From positions 2,812,007 to 2,876,006 of the forward strand of contig OZ218778.1 of the NCBI GenBank assembly GCA_965112635.1: a DNA stretch of 64,000 nt. The letters run 5' to 3'. A model generated the notes under the pieces. That model saw only the letters and a list, made by a program, of their open reading frames with translations. It had not been told where the DNA came from and ran no database searches. Position numbers and translations under genes: made by a program. Positions 28,075 to 39,517 of the stretch are shown here, in pieces. Numbering within the stretch: the stretch's first letter is position 1; each line of letters opens with the position of its first letter. Source of the stretch: an uncultured bacterium (GTDB lineage: Bacteria > Oederibacteriota > Oederibacteriia > Oederibacteriales > Oederibacteriaceae).

Positions 28075-29391
28075 CTAAACCTTGAACATTGAACCTTTTT
28101 TACCCTTCATCTGCTTCATCATTTTTTGGGCCTCAAAAAACTGCTTGAGCAGGCGGTTGACCTCCTCGACGCTGGTGCCCGAACCAAGGGCGATGCGGCT
28201 GCGCCGCCTGCCGTTGATCTGGCTGGGATTGTTCCTTTCGAATGGCGTCATGGATAGGATCATGGCCTCGGTTTTTTTCATCTGTTTCTCGGCCTGCGCC
28301 TCGTCCACCTGGGGCATGGCCTGGCCCATTCCGGGTATCATAGATACCAGGTCCGACAAAGGCCCCATTTTTTTGATCATCCGGATCTGTTTCATGAAAT
28401 CGTCCAGGGTAAAAGCGTCCTTCCTGAACTTTTGTTCCAGATCCTCGATCTCCTGCTGCTGGACCGTTTCCTGGACTTTTTCCACCAGGGACAGGACATC
28501 TCCCCTGTTCAAAATGCGGCCCGCCAATCGGTCCGGATAAAAAGGTTCCAGGTTGTCCGCCTTTTCGCCCATTCCCGCGAACCAGATGGGCACTTGGCAG
28601 GTGGTGGTCACGGAAAGGGCGGCGCCGCCCTTGCTGTCGCCGTCCAGTTTGGTGAGGATGACGCCGTCGATGCCCACCTTTTCCTTGAAAACCTTGGCCT
28701 GGTTGACCGCGTCCTGCCCGGTCATGGCATCTAAGACCAAAATGACGTAGTGGGGCTTGAGTTTTTCCTTAGCCTCCACGAGCTCAGCCATCAGTGCTTC
28801 GTCCACATGCAGCCTGCCGGCAGTGTCCAGGATCAGGATTTCCGCGGCTTTTTTAGCGGCCTCTTCCCTGGCCAGGGCTGCCACCCCGACGGGCGTGCTG
28901 GCCAAACAGGGGGTAAAAGGGATGTCCATCTGCTTGCCCAAGATCTCCAGCTGGTCCTGGGCCGCGGGCCTTTGCAGGTCCATGGAAAGCAAAAGCACGG
29001 TCTTACCTTTTTTGTTCTTGTAGTAGTGGGCCAGCTTGGCGCAGGTCGTGGTCTTGCCGCTGCCCTGAAGACCGACCAGCATGAAAACGGTGGGAGGCTG
29101 GGAGGCCAGATAAATCTCGGCCTTATGCTTGCCGAGGAGTTCGACGATCTCGTCATGGACGATCTTGAGGAATTGCTGTCCGGGGGTCAGGCTGTCCCAG
29201 ACCGCCTGGCCTAGGGCTTTTTGCTTGACCCGTTCCACGAACTCCTTGACCACGGAGTAGTGGACGTCGGCTTCCAAAAGCGCCAGACGTACGTCCCTGA
29301 GGGCGTCCTTGATGTTCTTTTCGCTTATCTTGCCCTGGCCTGAAAGGTTTTTCAGAAGGCTCTGGAATCGCTGGCTCAGGACCTCGAACAT
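28075..29391 (-). CDS. ffh: Signal recognition particle protein
   Basis: ALLEADV, GLQGSGKTTT, DTAGR, TKLDGD, Met-rich M domain. Confidence 0.97.
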   Translation of the reverse strand: MFEVLSQRFQSLLKNLSGQGKISEKNIKDALRDVRLALLEADVHYSVVKEFVERVKQKALGQAVWDSLTPGQQFLKIVHDEIVELLGKHKAEIYLASQPPTVFMLVGLQGSGKTTTCAKLAHYYKNKKGKTVLLLSMDLQRPAAQDQLEILGKQMDIPFTPCLASTPVGVAALAREEAAKKAAEILILDTAGRLHVDEALMAELVEAKEKLKPHYVILVLDAMTGQDAVNQAKVFKEKVGIDGVILTKLDGDSKGGAALSVTTTCQVPIWFAGMGEKADNLEPFYPDRLAGRILNRGDVLSLVEKVQETVQQQEIEDLEQKFRKDAFTLDDFMKQIRMIKKMGPLSDLVSMIPGMGQAMPQVDEAQAEKQMKKTEAMILSMTPFERNNPSQINGRRRSRIALGSGTSVEEVNRLLKQFFEAQKMMKQMKGKKGSMFKV

Positions 29392-29394
29392 GGG

Positions 29395-30051
29395 CTACCT
29401 GCCCCAGGCCTGCTGGCCGCACTTCCTGAGGCCGTCGATGGTGCGCCGCATGTTCTTTTGGGTGAAAAGAAAATGGCCCACCACAAAAACGTTGGCCCCC
29501 GCTTCAGCGGTACATTGGGCTGTTTCATAATTAATGCCGCCGTCCACTTCGATATCCCCGGGATAGATGGCGCGCAGTTGTTTGATCTTGGGCAGGACGG
29601 CCTTGATGAATTTTTGGCCGCCAAACCCTGGTTCTACGGTCATGACCATGACCTGGTCCGCCAGGGGAAGCCATTTTTTTATGGCGGATAAAGGCGCCTT
29701 AGGTCGCAGGGAAAGCCCGGCCTTGGCTCCTGTGGCCTTGATGGCTCTTAAGGTGGCCCCGACAGAGGAGCAGGCCTCGGCGTGCACGATCATATGCGAC
29801 GCACCGGCCGCCCTGAAACGCCTGACATACCGGATGGGTTCCTGGATCATCAGGTGCACGTCCAGCGGCCTGACGGCGTATTTTTTGAGGGAAGCCAGCA
29901 CGGGCATGCCGATGGTAATGTTGGGCACGAACAGCCCGTCCATCACGTCCACATGGATGTAATCAGCCCCGGCTTTTTCCGCCCTCCATACTTCCTGTCC
30001 CAGGCGGCTGAAATCAGAGGCCAGGATAGACGCGGCGACTTTGATCTTCAA
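29395..30051 (-). CDS. rpe: Ribulose-phosphate 3-epimerase
   Basis: HVDVMDG.FVPNIT, DVHLM, MTVEPGFGGQ, VDGG. Confidence 0.95.
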   Translation of the reverse strand: MKIKVAASILASDFSRLGQEVWRAEKAGADYIHVDVMDGLFVPNITIGMPVLASLKKYAVRPLDVHLMIQEPIRYVRRFRAAGASHMIVHAEACSSVGATLRAIKATGAKAGLSLRPKAPLSAIKKWLPLADQVMVMTVEPGFGGQKFIKAVLPKIKQLRAIYPGDIEVDGGINYETAQCTAEAGANVFVVGHFLFTQKNMRRTIDGLRKCGQQAWGR

Positions 30052-30135
30052 GGATTCCTTCTTCTTTGGCAGAATTTAGAGCCACGAAGGCCCGGAGGCG
30101 GCTACGCCTCTTGGATGAGATTATATCAGGAAGGG

Positions 30136-31911
30136 TTAGAAATTTTTGCCGAATAGTTTGGTGATAAAAAAGTCCCTGTCGCCGCAGGTCTTTTCCACCT
30201 GCGGGTCTTCAAAAGCCTTGGCAATAAGCTCCCTTACATGTTCGGGATTTCTGGTATATTTTAGGATGTTTTCCTTGGCGATCTCCGGCTCATAAAGGGC
30301 CACATGCATGAGGTTGAGCCCCACGGTGAACTCGATGCTCTGGAACATGCAATAGCGCAGTAGAATACCCACCTTTCTTTTGGATAACCTGTAAGGCGGG
30401 GTCAGGCCGTTGGCCATGCTGAAAAAGAAATCCATGTAGTCCTTGACCGCCTCTTCCCTGCTGGCGCCGTCCGCCATATCCGAAGACACGGCCATGGTAA
30501 ATTTCTTTTCCGCCCCCGTCCATTTGACCTGGGTTTTCTTTTCTATCCTGCCGGCGTATTCGCCGATAAAAGTGCCCACGTTCATATTTCCGCGGTAGTC
30601 AAAAAGGTCGTCCTTGCTCAAGTACTGGCCGCAGGCCCTCAGAACCAATATCTCCACCGGGGTAAGAGAAATTTTAGGGCCCTTGAGGGGGGAATCCCCG
30701 CTGACAAAGGATATGACGAATCGGTCGTCAAAAAATTCCACGTAATTACGTACCGGTTCTATGAGAATGGGGGGCACGATGAAATTGCCGTAATCGTCCT
30801 TGGGAAAGACATTGATATGGATGGCGCCGATCTTTTCAATGGCTGCCACGAGGTGCATGGGCGTCACCAATCTGTCCTTGGGTGTTCCGTCAAAACCTTT
30901 CCACTGGTCCGCGACCAGGACACGGGACGCGCTATAAGGCATCTTGTTCTCGTTGGCTTCCGCGGCGCGGACTACAAAAGACGCCACCGTGTCGGCATCG
31001 ATCCTGATGGTGTCGATGACCTGGGGGTCGAATACAGTCGTGGCCTCTGAACCGGAGGCCAGTTTTTCCAGGTCTTCCAGGCAGCGCTTCACCTCTTTGA
31101 ACTTGGACTCAATGTTCTGGCCTGCTTTGACCAGCTCCTGGCCTGTGGCCTCCAGCTGGCTGCCCAAAGAAGAAACGGAATTGATGAGCGTCGGCAGTTT
31201 ATCCCCAAAGGCATTCCTAACTTTTAATTCGGCGGCAGAGGGGTCGCCAGCTTGGCCGGCCAGATCGCTGAACTTTTTGAGCATTTCCACATTGAATTTC
31301 AGCCCCCGCAAGAGCTGTTCATCCCGCACTGAGGCAAAGCCGGCCACAGGTCCGGCTTCCAGGCCAGCCAGTTGTTCTTTGAAAGCGGCGGCCATGGTTT
31401 CCAGCCGTTCTTTGACCTTTTCCTTCATCTGGCCCGCGCCCAAGGGAGCAGCGGGCTTGGGCCGGCGCCGGTTCTGCCGGGGGTCCAACCCAACGACCTC
31501 GCCCCGGGCAATGGCAAAGACGCGGTCTTCCATGTCCAGGATCGGGGCTGCCCAGGCGGGCCTTTTCTTCTTTTCCTCGCGGGCATTGACCAGTAATTCA
31601 TACATATTGGGCGACATGAGGTCGACCTCAAAAGATTTGCCGTTTTGGTTCACCTTAATCTTGGAGCCAAAGGCACCGGTGGACAGGAAGATCCATTGGG
31701 CATCGTTGAGATCAGGGAGTTTTTGGGTCAGAAGCCATTTTTGCAGTTGGGCGAAAGCAGCCCTGAGCTTGATGGCTTTGTTCTGGTCGTCGTCGGAATG
31801 TTTGGAGGGTGCGGCGTACACGGCCAGGGCGTCCTGCACCGTTTTGACCATCTCCGGGTCCGCGCCGGCTATCACTTCTTCAAAAGCGTTCAGTCCTTTT
31901 TTATCTAACAC
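30136..31911 (-). CDS. Hypothetical cytoplasmic protein with central coiled coil, downstream of leader RNA copy 2
   Basis: 591 aa ORF with host-like codon usage; GTG start after a purine-rich RBS; no family recognised. Confidence 0.75.
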   Translation of the reverse strand: MLDKKGLNAFEEVIAGADPEMVKTVQDALAVYAAPSKHSDDDQNKAIKLRAAFAQLQKWLLTQKLPDLNDAQWIFLSTGAFGSKIKVNQNGKSFEVDLMSPNMYELLVNAREEKKKRPAWAAPILDMEDRVFAIARGEVVGLDPRQNRRRPKPAAPLGAGQMKEKVKERLETMAAAFKEQLAGLEAGPVAGFASVRDEQLLRGLKFNVEMLKKFSDLAGQAGDPSAAELKVRNAFGDKLPTLINSVSSLGSQLEATGQELVKAGQNIESKFKEVKRCLEDLEKLASGSEATTVFDPQVIDTIRIDADTVASFVVRAAEANENKMPYSASRVLVADQWKGFDGTPKDRLVTPMHLVAAIEKIGAIHINVFPKDDYGNFIVPPILIEPVRNYVEFFDDRFVISFVSGDSPLKGPKISLTPVEILVLRACGQYLSKDDLFDYRGNMNVGTFIGEYAGRIEKKTQVKWTGAEKKFTMAVSSDMADGASREEAVKDYMDFFFSMANGLTPPYRLSKRKVGILLRYCMFQSIEFTVGLNLMHVALYEPEIAKENILKYTRNPEHVRELIAKAFEDPQVEKTCGDRDFFITKLFGKNF

Positions 31912-31934
31912 AGCTTTTCCTTCCTCACAGGGGT

Positions 31935-32116
31935 AAAAAATAAAAAAAGAACATTTCGGTATGCTCCTTGTTCCTTAAACGGCGTTGTTTTACCGGAGAC
32001 CTGAGAACTTCCCCGCAACCCGTTCTTTAAGCTGAAAAAGCTTTGTGGCTTTTTTCAGCAGGAGGTTAGCTTTCCCACCCAGACTTTCATCTGAGCCGGC
32101 TTTTCGCTTGTTCTTT
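31935..32116 (-). ncRNA. Structured cis-regulatory leader RNA, copy 2 (riboswitch candidate)
   Basis: Same conserved blocks as 17846-17985; hairpin GCTCAGA-TGAAAG-TCTGGGT; preceded by TAGACA-16-TAAAAT at 32197-32170. Confidence 0.7.
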
Positions 32117-32299
32117 CTATTTTCCCGGCCGATTCTAAAAATGATTGACCGGGTGTTTCAAATTTGAGTATTTTACAACAATGCTCGAACTTGTCTAGAT
32201 GTTTTTTAGGAAAAAACGAAAACTGGTACTATTTTTCAGAGGAACGGCTCAGCTCGTGATCCAGCTTGGAGTTAATGGACTGTGGATTAATCCGGGGTT

Positions 32300-33238
32300 T
32301 TAAAAATTTTTTTTAGCCATTCTAAGGACCTGTTCATAGGAGCGCACATTACCGCTGGCTCCCAAACCCATGACGCAATGGGCTCCGGTAGCGTTGCCCA
32401 TGACCAGGGATTTCTTCAGGTCCCACCTTTTTAATATCCCGGTCCAAAATCCGGCGTCCCAATTGTCTCCCGCACCCGTCGCGTCAACCGCCTTGACCAG
32501 GAAAACCGGCTCAAAGAACTTGGAACCGTTCTTGTCAACGGCAAAACAACCTTTGGAACCCATTTTCAGGATGACCGCTTTTTGGACGCCGTACTTCAAG
32601 GCCGCTTTGACGATATCCTTGGGCTGGCTGAGACCGAAGATTCTTTTGGCTTCCTCTAAACTGGGCATAAAATAATCCACGAATTTAAGACAAGGCGTCA
32701 GTCCCTTCCACTGGTTGCTGGGGTCCCAGCAGGTATCCAGCCCCGTGATCAATCCAAGTTTTTTGGCTCTTTTTAAAAGACGGGCCGTGGGAGCGCCGTC
32801 AAGGCGCGGCATCAGGAAAAATCCCGAAACATGGATGGCCCGGTACCCCTTGAGCACGCTGTCGGGGATATGCTTGTCGGTCAGCAAGGCGCTTGCGCCG
32901 ATGGTATGCAGAAAGCTCCGCTCGCCATCGCTGTGGACCGTCACCAGGGTCGCCGAGCTGTGGATCTGGGAAAAGCGCACCGTGTTCTTAGTGAACACGC
33001 CTTCTTCATTCAACCGCTTGAGCAGAAAATCGCCGAATCCATCGTTACCCACCCCGGTGACGATCCCGGCCTTCATCCCCAGCCGCGACAGACCGATAGA
33101 GGTGTTCACCGCGCAACCGCCGGAAAATAGCCCGATCTTCGCCACCAGCTGGAGCTGTCCCCGCTTAGGCAGCGTTTTGACCGGCTGGGCCAGCGAATCT
33201 GCCACCGCGTTGCCGACGCATAAAATATCCCTCGCCAT
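32300..33238 (-). CDS. PfkB family carbohydrate kinase
   Basis: GGCAVN, VGNDGFG, VDATGAGDNW. Confidence 0.9.
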   Translation of the reverse strand: MARDILCVGNAVADSLAQPVKTLPKRGQLQLVAKIGLFSGGCAVNTSIGLSRLGMKAGIVTGVGNDGFGDFLLKRLNEEGVFTKNTVRFSQIHSSATLVTVHSDGERSFLHTIGASALLTDKHIPDSVLKGYRAIHVSGFFLMPRLDGAPTARLLKRAKKLGLITGLDTCWDPSNQWKGLTPCLKFVDYFMPSLEEAKRIFGLSQPKDIVKAALKYGVQKAVILKMGSKGCFAVDKNGSKFFEPVFLVKAVDATGAGDNWDAGFWTGILKRWDLKKSLVMGNATGAHCVMGLGASGNVRSYEQVLRMAKKNF

Positions 33239-33250
33239 GGGTTCCCCTTT

Positions 33251-34838
<1,588 letters not shown>

Positions 34839-34848
34839 AACCTCCTGT

Positions 34849-35904
34849 TTAGCTGCTGATCCTGGCGGAGGCGGCGTGCAGCTGCCCGCAAGCGGCGTCG
34901 ATATCTCCGCCTTTCTCCGTCCTGATCATCGTGCGGATGCCTTTTTTCAACAAAAAATCTTGGAATATTTTAACAGATACTTCATCAGGTTTGATAAAAG
35001 ATTTCTTGCCAGACCGGTTGAAAGGGATAAGGTTGAATTTGCAGGGTATTCCCTGGACGAGTCCGGGGATCTTCTTGGCCTGGTCCAGGCTGTCGTTGAC
35101 CCCGGCTAGCAGAACATACTCAAAGGTCACCATTTTCCCTGTCAGGGAGTGGTAGGCCTGAAGGCTGCGGACCAGTTGTTTCAGGGGATAGCGCCGGTTG
35201 ATAGGCATCAAGGAAGAGCGCAGGCTATCCTCCGGCGCGTTCAAGGAAACCGCCAGGGACACCGGCCACTTTTCTCTAGCAATCTGCTCGATCTGCGGCG
35301 CCAGACCGCAGGTGGAAAGCGTGACCTTGCGGGAACTTTTATTCAGGCCGTCCTTGTCGTTCAAAAGGAAAACGGCCTTACGCACGTTCTCCAGGTTGTC
35401 CAGGGGTTCCCCCATGCCCATGATCACGATATTGGATATCTGCTGGCCCAGCACCTGTTCCATCTGGATGAGCTGGTCGATGATCTCTCCGCTAAAAAGG
35501 TCCCTTTTAAAACCCATGGCTCCTGTGGCGCAGAAACGGCAGGCTTGGCGGCAGCCCTCCTGAGTGGAGATGCAGGCGGTCATTCTTCCCTCAAAGGGCA
35601 GAGCCACCGATTCTACTTTGCCTCCCCTCCTGAGTTTAAAAAGGAATTTTTTGGTCCCGTCCAGGCGGGAGTTCTGCTGCCGGGCCAGGTCCAGCGAACT
35701 GATCTCGGCCCCGCCCTCAAGCTTTGACTGCAACTCCTTTTTGATGTTGGTCATGGCGCCGAAGTTTTGGGCCCTTTTTTTATACAACCACTCAAAGACC
35801 TGTTCCGCGGTATAGGGCTTGGCGCCAAAATGGGATAGCCAGAGGCTGAGCTCCGGCCGGGTGAGGTCTTTGATGAAGATTTTTTTAGAAGGAGGGGCGC
35901 TCAT
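34849..35904 (-). CDS. rlmN: 23S rRNA m2A2503 / tRNA m2A37 methyltransferase
   Basis: CISTQEGCRQACRFC, MGMGEPL, DIDAACGQL. Confidence 0.95.
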   Translation of the reverse strand: MSAPPSKKIFIKDLTRPELSLWLSHFGAKPYTAEQVFEWLYKKRAQNFGAMTNIKKELQSKLEGGAEISSLDLARQQNSRLDGTKKFLFKLRRGGKVESVALPFEGRMTACISTQEGCRQACRFCATGAMGFKRDLFSGEIIDQLIQMEQVLGQQISNIVIMGMGEPLDNLENVRKAVFLLNDKDGLNKSSRKVTLSTCGLAPQIEQIAREKWPVSLAVSLNAPEDSLRSSLMPINRRYPLKQLVRSLQAYHSLTGKMVTFEYVLLAGVNDSLDQAKKIPGLVQGIPCKFNLIPFNRSGKKSFIKPDEVSVKIFQDFLLKKGIRTMIRTEKGGDIDAACGQLHAASARISS

Positions 35905-35914
35905 CGGGATGGGT

Positions 35915-38900
35915 TCAGTACCCGCCGCCGTTGTTAGCCGGCGGCTTTGCTTCGCAGCGGATTCCCGACTCGCCGACCAGCTCCTGGACCTGACTGATAA
36001 GCTTCGGGGTCACTTTGACCCTGAGAGAGCTGTCGCCCTGAATGGTCACCGACCCGTGATGCTCAGTGATCATGTGCAGCTGCACGGAGGTCGTTCCCGG
36101 GTGGCCCTTGAGGGCCGTCTTGAGGTTGTTCAGGGTTTCGGTTCCCTCCAAACCGGGTGTGCGCAGTTGGATATGCAGGATGGAGGTCAGCCTCTCCCTG
36201 GCTTCGGTCAGGGGGAAAATTTCCCTGGCGGTGACCGTGGTCCTGTTGTTTCCCGTTGTGTCCAAGGTCCCCTTGATCATGACCATATTGTCCTTGGTCA
36301 AAAGTTTCTGGCATTTGCCGTAAACGTCGCTCCAGACCAAGACCTCAATGGTCCCATGCATGTCTTCCAGGGTCACCCGGGCGTAGATGTCGTTCTTCTT
36401 GGTCTGTCCGGTCTTGACCGCCAGGACGATGCCGCCGATGACCACCGGCTGTCGGTCTCCCGCCCGGTACTCCGGGTCGTTGATCTGGGTCGAGGTGATC
36501 GTGGAAAAAGAGTTCAAAATATCCTCGTATTTGCCCAGAGGATGTCCGGAGAGGAAAAACCCCAGCATCTCCTTTTCATAACCCAGGATCTCGTGTTCCG
36601 ACCACTCGGGGATATTGGGGAAATCCTGGAAAGATTTGGCGAACTTTTTCTCGGATTCAAAGGTGTCAAAGAAAGAGTTCTGCCCCGACTGCCGGTCCTT
36701 TTGCATGGCCTGCGACACGTCAAAGGCGTGGTCCAAAACTTTCATCATCTGCGAGCGTTTGGCTTTGAGACTGTCAAAGGCGCCGGCCTTGATCAGGCTT
36801 TCCACCACGCGCTTGTTGACGGCGCCCAGGTCCACGTGCTCGCAAAAATCATAGAACGAGTTGAACCGGCCCTTATGCGCCTCGCGGGCCTCGAGGATGG
36901 CCTCGAGGGCCGCTTCTCCCACATTCTTGACCGCGTTGAGGCCGAACCGGACCCTGTCCTTGACCACGGTGTAGCGAATGCCGCTTTCGTTGATGTCCGG
37001 CGCCAGGACGGGGATCTTCATCTTACGGCACTCCCCGATATACTGAAGGGTCTTGTCCTGGTCGCCCATCACGCTAGATAGAAGCGCGGCCATGAACTCC
37101 ACCGGGTAGTTCGCCTTGAGGTAGGCGGTCCGATAACCGAGCATGGCATAAGCGGCGCTGTGGCTCTTGTTGAACCCGTAGCCCGCGAACTTCTCCACCA
37201 GCTCGAAGATCTCCCCGGCCGTCTCCTGAGGCACCTTATTGGCTACGGACTTGCTGATGAAGTTCTGTCTCTGTCCTTCCATGATGGCGGTATCCTTTTT
37301 GCCCATGGCCTTCCTCAGGATGTCGGCCTGCCCCATGGTGTAGCCCGCCACCGCGTTGGCGATCTGCATGACCTGCTCCTGGTAGACCACGATCCCGAAG
37401 GTCTCCTTGAGGATAGACTCCATGACCGGCAGCATGTACTTGACCGGGACCTTGCCGTTCTTGCGGTTGATGTAATCGTCGATGAACTGCATGGGGCCGG
37501 GCCGGAACAAGGCGTTGACCGCGATGAGCTCGTAGATGTTCGCGCACTGGCAGCGTCTTAAGACGTCCTGCATGCCCGAACTTTCGAACTGGAACACCCC
37601 CAAAGACTGGGCCAGCTGGAGGAGATGGAAGGTCTTGGGGTCGTCCAGAGGGATGGTGGCCATGTCAATTTCCAACCCCTTCCCCTTTTTCACGTTCTGG
37701 AGCGTTTCTTCGATGATGGTGAGAACGGTTACGCCCAAAAGGTCGAACTTGAGCAACCCAACTTTCTCAAGGGAGTCCTTGTCATACTGCGTAATTTTCT
37801 CTTCTTTGTTGGCGTCCTTGAAAAGCGGAGTGTGCTTGGTCAGCCCGTCCCTGCCGATCACGACCCCGGCGGCGTGTTTGGAGGCATGCCGGCTCAACCC
37901 CTCCAGGGTCTTGGAGACCTCGATCAAGGCTTTGTAAGAGTCCTTGCTCTCCACCAGGGCCTTGAATTCCGGGGCTGTTTCCAGCGCTTTTTCAATAGTG
38001 ATGTCCAGTTCAAAAGGAACGGCCTTGGCCAGCTTATCGGCCTCAACCAGCGGGATATCCAGCACCCTGGCCACATCCCGGATAACGGCTTTGGCCTTTA
38101 AGGTCCCAAAGGTAATGACCTGGGCCACGTTCTGGGAGCCGTATTTCTGGGTGAGGTAAGTGACCAGCTCGCCCCTCCGGTAATCACAAAAATCAATGTC
38201 AATATCAGGCGGGCTGATCCTTTCGGGGTTCAGGAATCTCTCGAAAATGAGACCGTATTTCAGGGGGTCCAGGTTGGTGATATGGAGAAGGTAAGACACC
38301 AGGCTGCCGGCCGCCGATCCTCTGCCCGGCCCCACCATGATGCCCTGTTGTCGGGCAAAATGGATCATGTCCCAGACGATCAGGAAATACCCCGCGTAAC
38401 CCACCTTGTGGATGATCTTGAGCTCATGGTTCAGCCGGTCCCGGACTTCCTGCGTCGCCGCCGGGTAGCGTTCCTTGAGGCCCTCTTCGCAAAGGTGGGT
38501 CAAGTAATCATCGGCACTGGGATACTCGGTCGGCCAGGTGTAATGCGGCATATGGAGTTCTTTCTTCAGACCGAGCATCAAATTGCACTGGTCGGCGACG
38601 GCCTTGGTGTTCTTAACGGCTTCAGGATAGTCGGCGAAGGTATCGGCCATCTCTTCGCCTGACTTGAAATAGAATTGGTCGCCCTGGTACTTCATGTGGT
38701 TGGGGTCGCTCATCGTGGAACCCGTCTGGATGCACAGGAGTACTTCGTGGGCCCGGCTGTCAGCCTGGTAGGTGTAATGACAGTCGTTGGTGGCCACGGT
38801 CAGGATCCCCAGTTCTTTAGCTATCTTGGACATCCCCTGATTCACTTTTTTCTGCTCTTCGATTCCGTGGTCCTGGAGTTCCAGGCAAAAATTCTCTTTT

Positions 38901-39412
38901 CCCAGGATACCGATGTATTCCCTGGCGACCTCCAAAGCCTGGCCGTAGTCGTCCTTGATCAGGGCCGCGGAGACTTCGCCGTTGAGGCAGGCGGACAGCC
39001 CGATCAGGCCTTCGTGGTGCTTGCGCAAGAGTTCTTTGTCTATCCTTGGTTTGTAATAGAACCCCTCCAAATAACCCGCAGAAACGAGTTCCAAGAGGTT
39101 GTGGTAACCTAGTTCATTCTTTATCAGGAGGACCAGGTGGTGGTAGGTGACCTCGCTTTTTTTCAAAGGGTCGCCCTTGACCAGCCTGCTGCCGGGGGCC
39201 ACGTACACTTCGCAGCCGAGGATCGGTTTTATACCCGCCTTTTGGGCCTTTTCGTAGAACTCAATGGCCCCAAAAAGGTTGCCGTGGTCGGTCAAAGCCA
39301 GGGCGGACATTTTTAGTTCTTTGGCGCGCCTGACCAGGTCGTCAAGCCGGATGGCTCCGTCAAGCAAACTATACTGGCTGTGGGTATGGAGGTGAACAAA
39401 ATCCGAAGACAT
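35915..39412 (-). CDS. dnaE: DNA polymerase III alpha subunit
   Basis: HLHTHSQYSLLDG PHP domain, GPGRGSAAGS, PDIDIDF, FAGYGFNKSH, C-terminal OB fold. Confidence 0.98.
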   Translation of the reverse strand: MSSDFVHLHTHSQYSLLDGAIRLDDLVRRAKELKMSALALTDHGNLFGAIEFYEKAQKAGIKPILGCEVYVAPGSRLVKGDPLKKSEVTYHHLVLLIKNELGYHNLLELVSAGYLEGFYYKPRIDKELLRKHHEGLIGLSACLNGEVSAALIKDDYGQALEVAREYIGILGKENFCLELQDHGIEEQKKVNQGMSKIAKELGILTVATNDCHYTYQADSRAHEVLLCIQTGSTMSDPNHMKYQGDQFYFKSGEEMADTFADYPEAVKNTKAVADQCNLMLGLKKELHMPHYTWPTEYPSADDYLTHLCEEGLKERYPAATQEVRDRLNHELKIIHKVGYAGYFLIVWDMIHFARQQGIMVGPGRGSAAGSLVSYLLHITNLDPLKYGLIFERFLNPERISPPDIDIDFCDYRRGELVTYLTQKYGSQNVAQVITFGTLKAKAVIRDVARVLDIPLVEADKLAKAVPFELDITIEKALETAPEFKALVESKDSYKALIEVSKTLEGLSRHASKHAAGVVIGRDGLTKHTPLFKDANKEEKITQYDKDSLEKVGLLKFDLLGVTVLTIIEETLQNVKKGKGLEIDMATIPLDDPKTFHLLQLAQSLGVFQFESSGMQDVLRRCQCANIYELIAVNALFRPGPMQFIDDYINRKNGKVPVKYMLPVMESILKETFGIVVYQEQVMQIANAVAGYTMGQADILRKAMGKKDTAIMEGQRQNFISKSVANKVPQETAGEIFELVEKFAGYGFNKSHSAAYAMLGYRTAYLKANYPVEFMAALLSSVMGDQDKTLQYIGECRKMKIPVLAPDINESGIRYTVVKDRVRFGLNAVKNVGEAALEAILEAREAHKGRFNSFYDFCEHVDLGAVNKRVVESLIKAGAFDSLKAKRSQMMKVLDHAFDVSQAMQKDRQSGQNSFFDTFESEKKFAKSFQDFPNIPEWSEHEILGYEKEMLGFFLSGHPLGKYEDILNSFSTITSTQINDPEYRAGDRQPVVIGGIVLAVKTGQTKKNDIYARVTLEDMHGTIEVLVWSDVYGKCQKLLTKDNMVMIKGTLDTTGNNRTTVTAREIFPLTEARERLTSILHIQLRTPGLEGTETLNNLKTALKGHPGTTSVQLHMITEHHGSVTIQGDSSLRVKVTPKLISQVQELVGESGIRCEAKPPANNGGGY

Positions 39413-39517
39413 AGGATAGATTCCTTCATTTTCAAAAAGATAACGCTAGGCTATAGCGGGAAATCTTTCTAAATTATAACAAAGGACAAAAACTCATACC
39501 ACCCTGCGGATAAAAAA

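Noticed and set aside
35819-37081. Long antisense ORFs (also 30944..31936, 43948..45477, 46576..47925, 6893..7594)
   Set aside because: Shadow frames opposite well-supported genes in GC-rich DNA, with no recognisable motifs.
35915-39412. Intein or split in dnaE
   Set aside because: Length (1165 aa) and motif order are normal; no intein splice-junction motifs seen.
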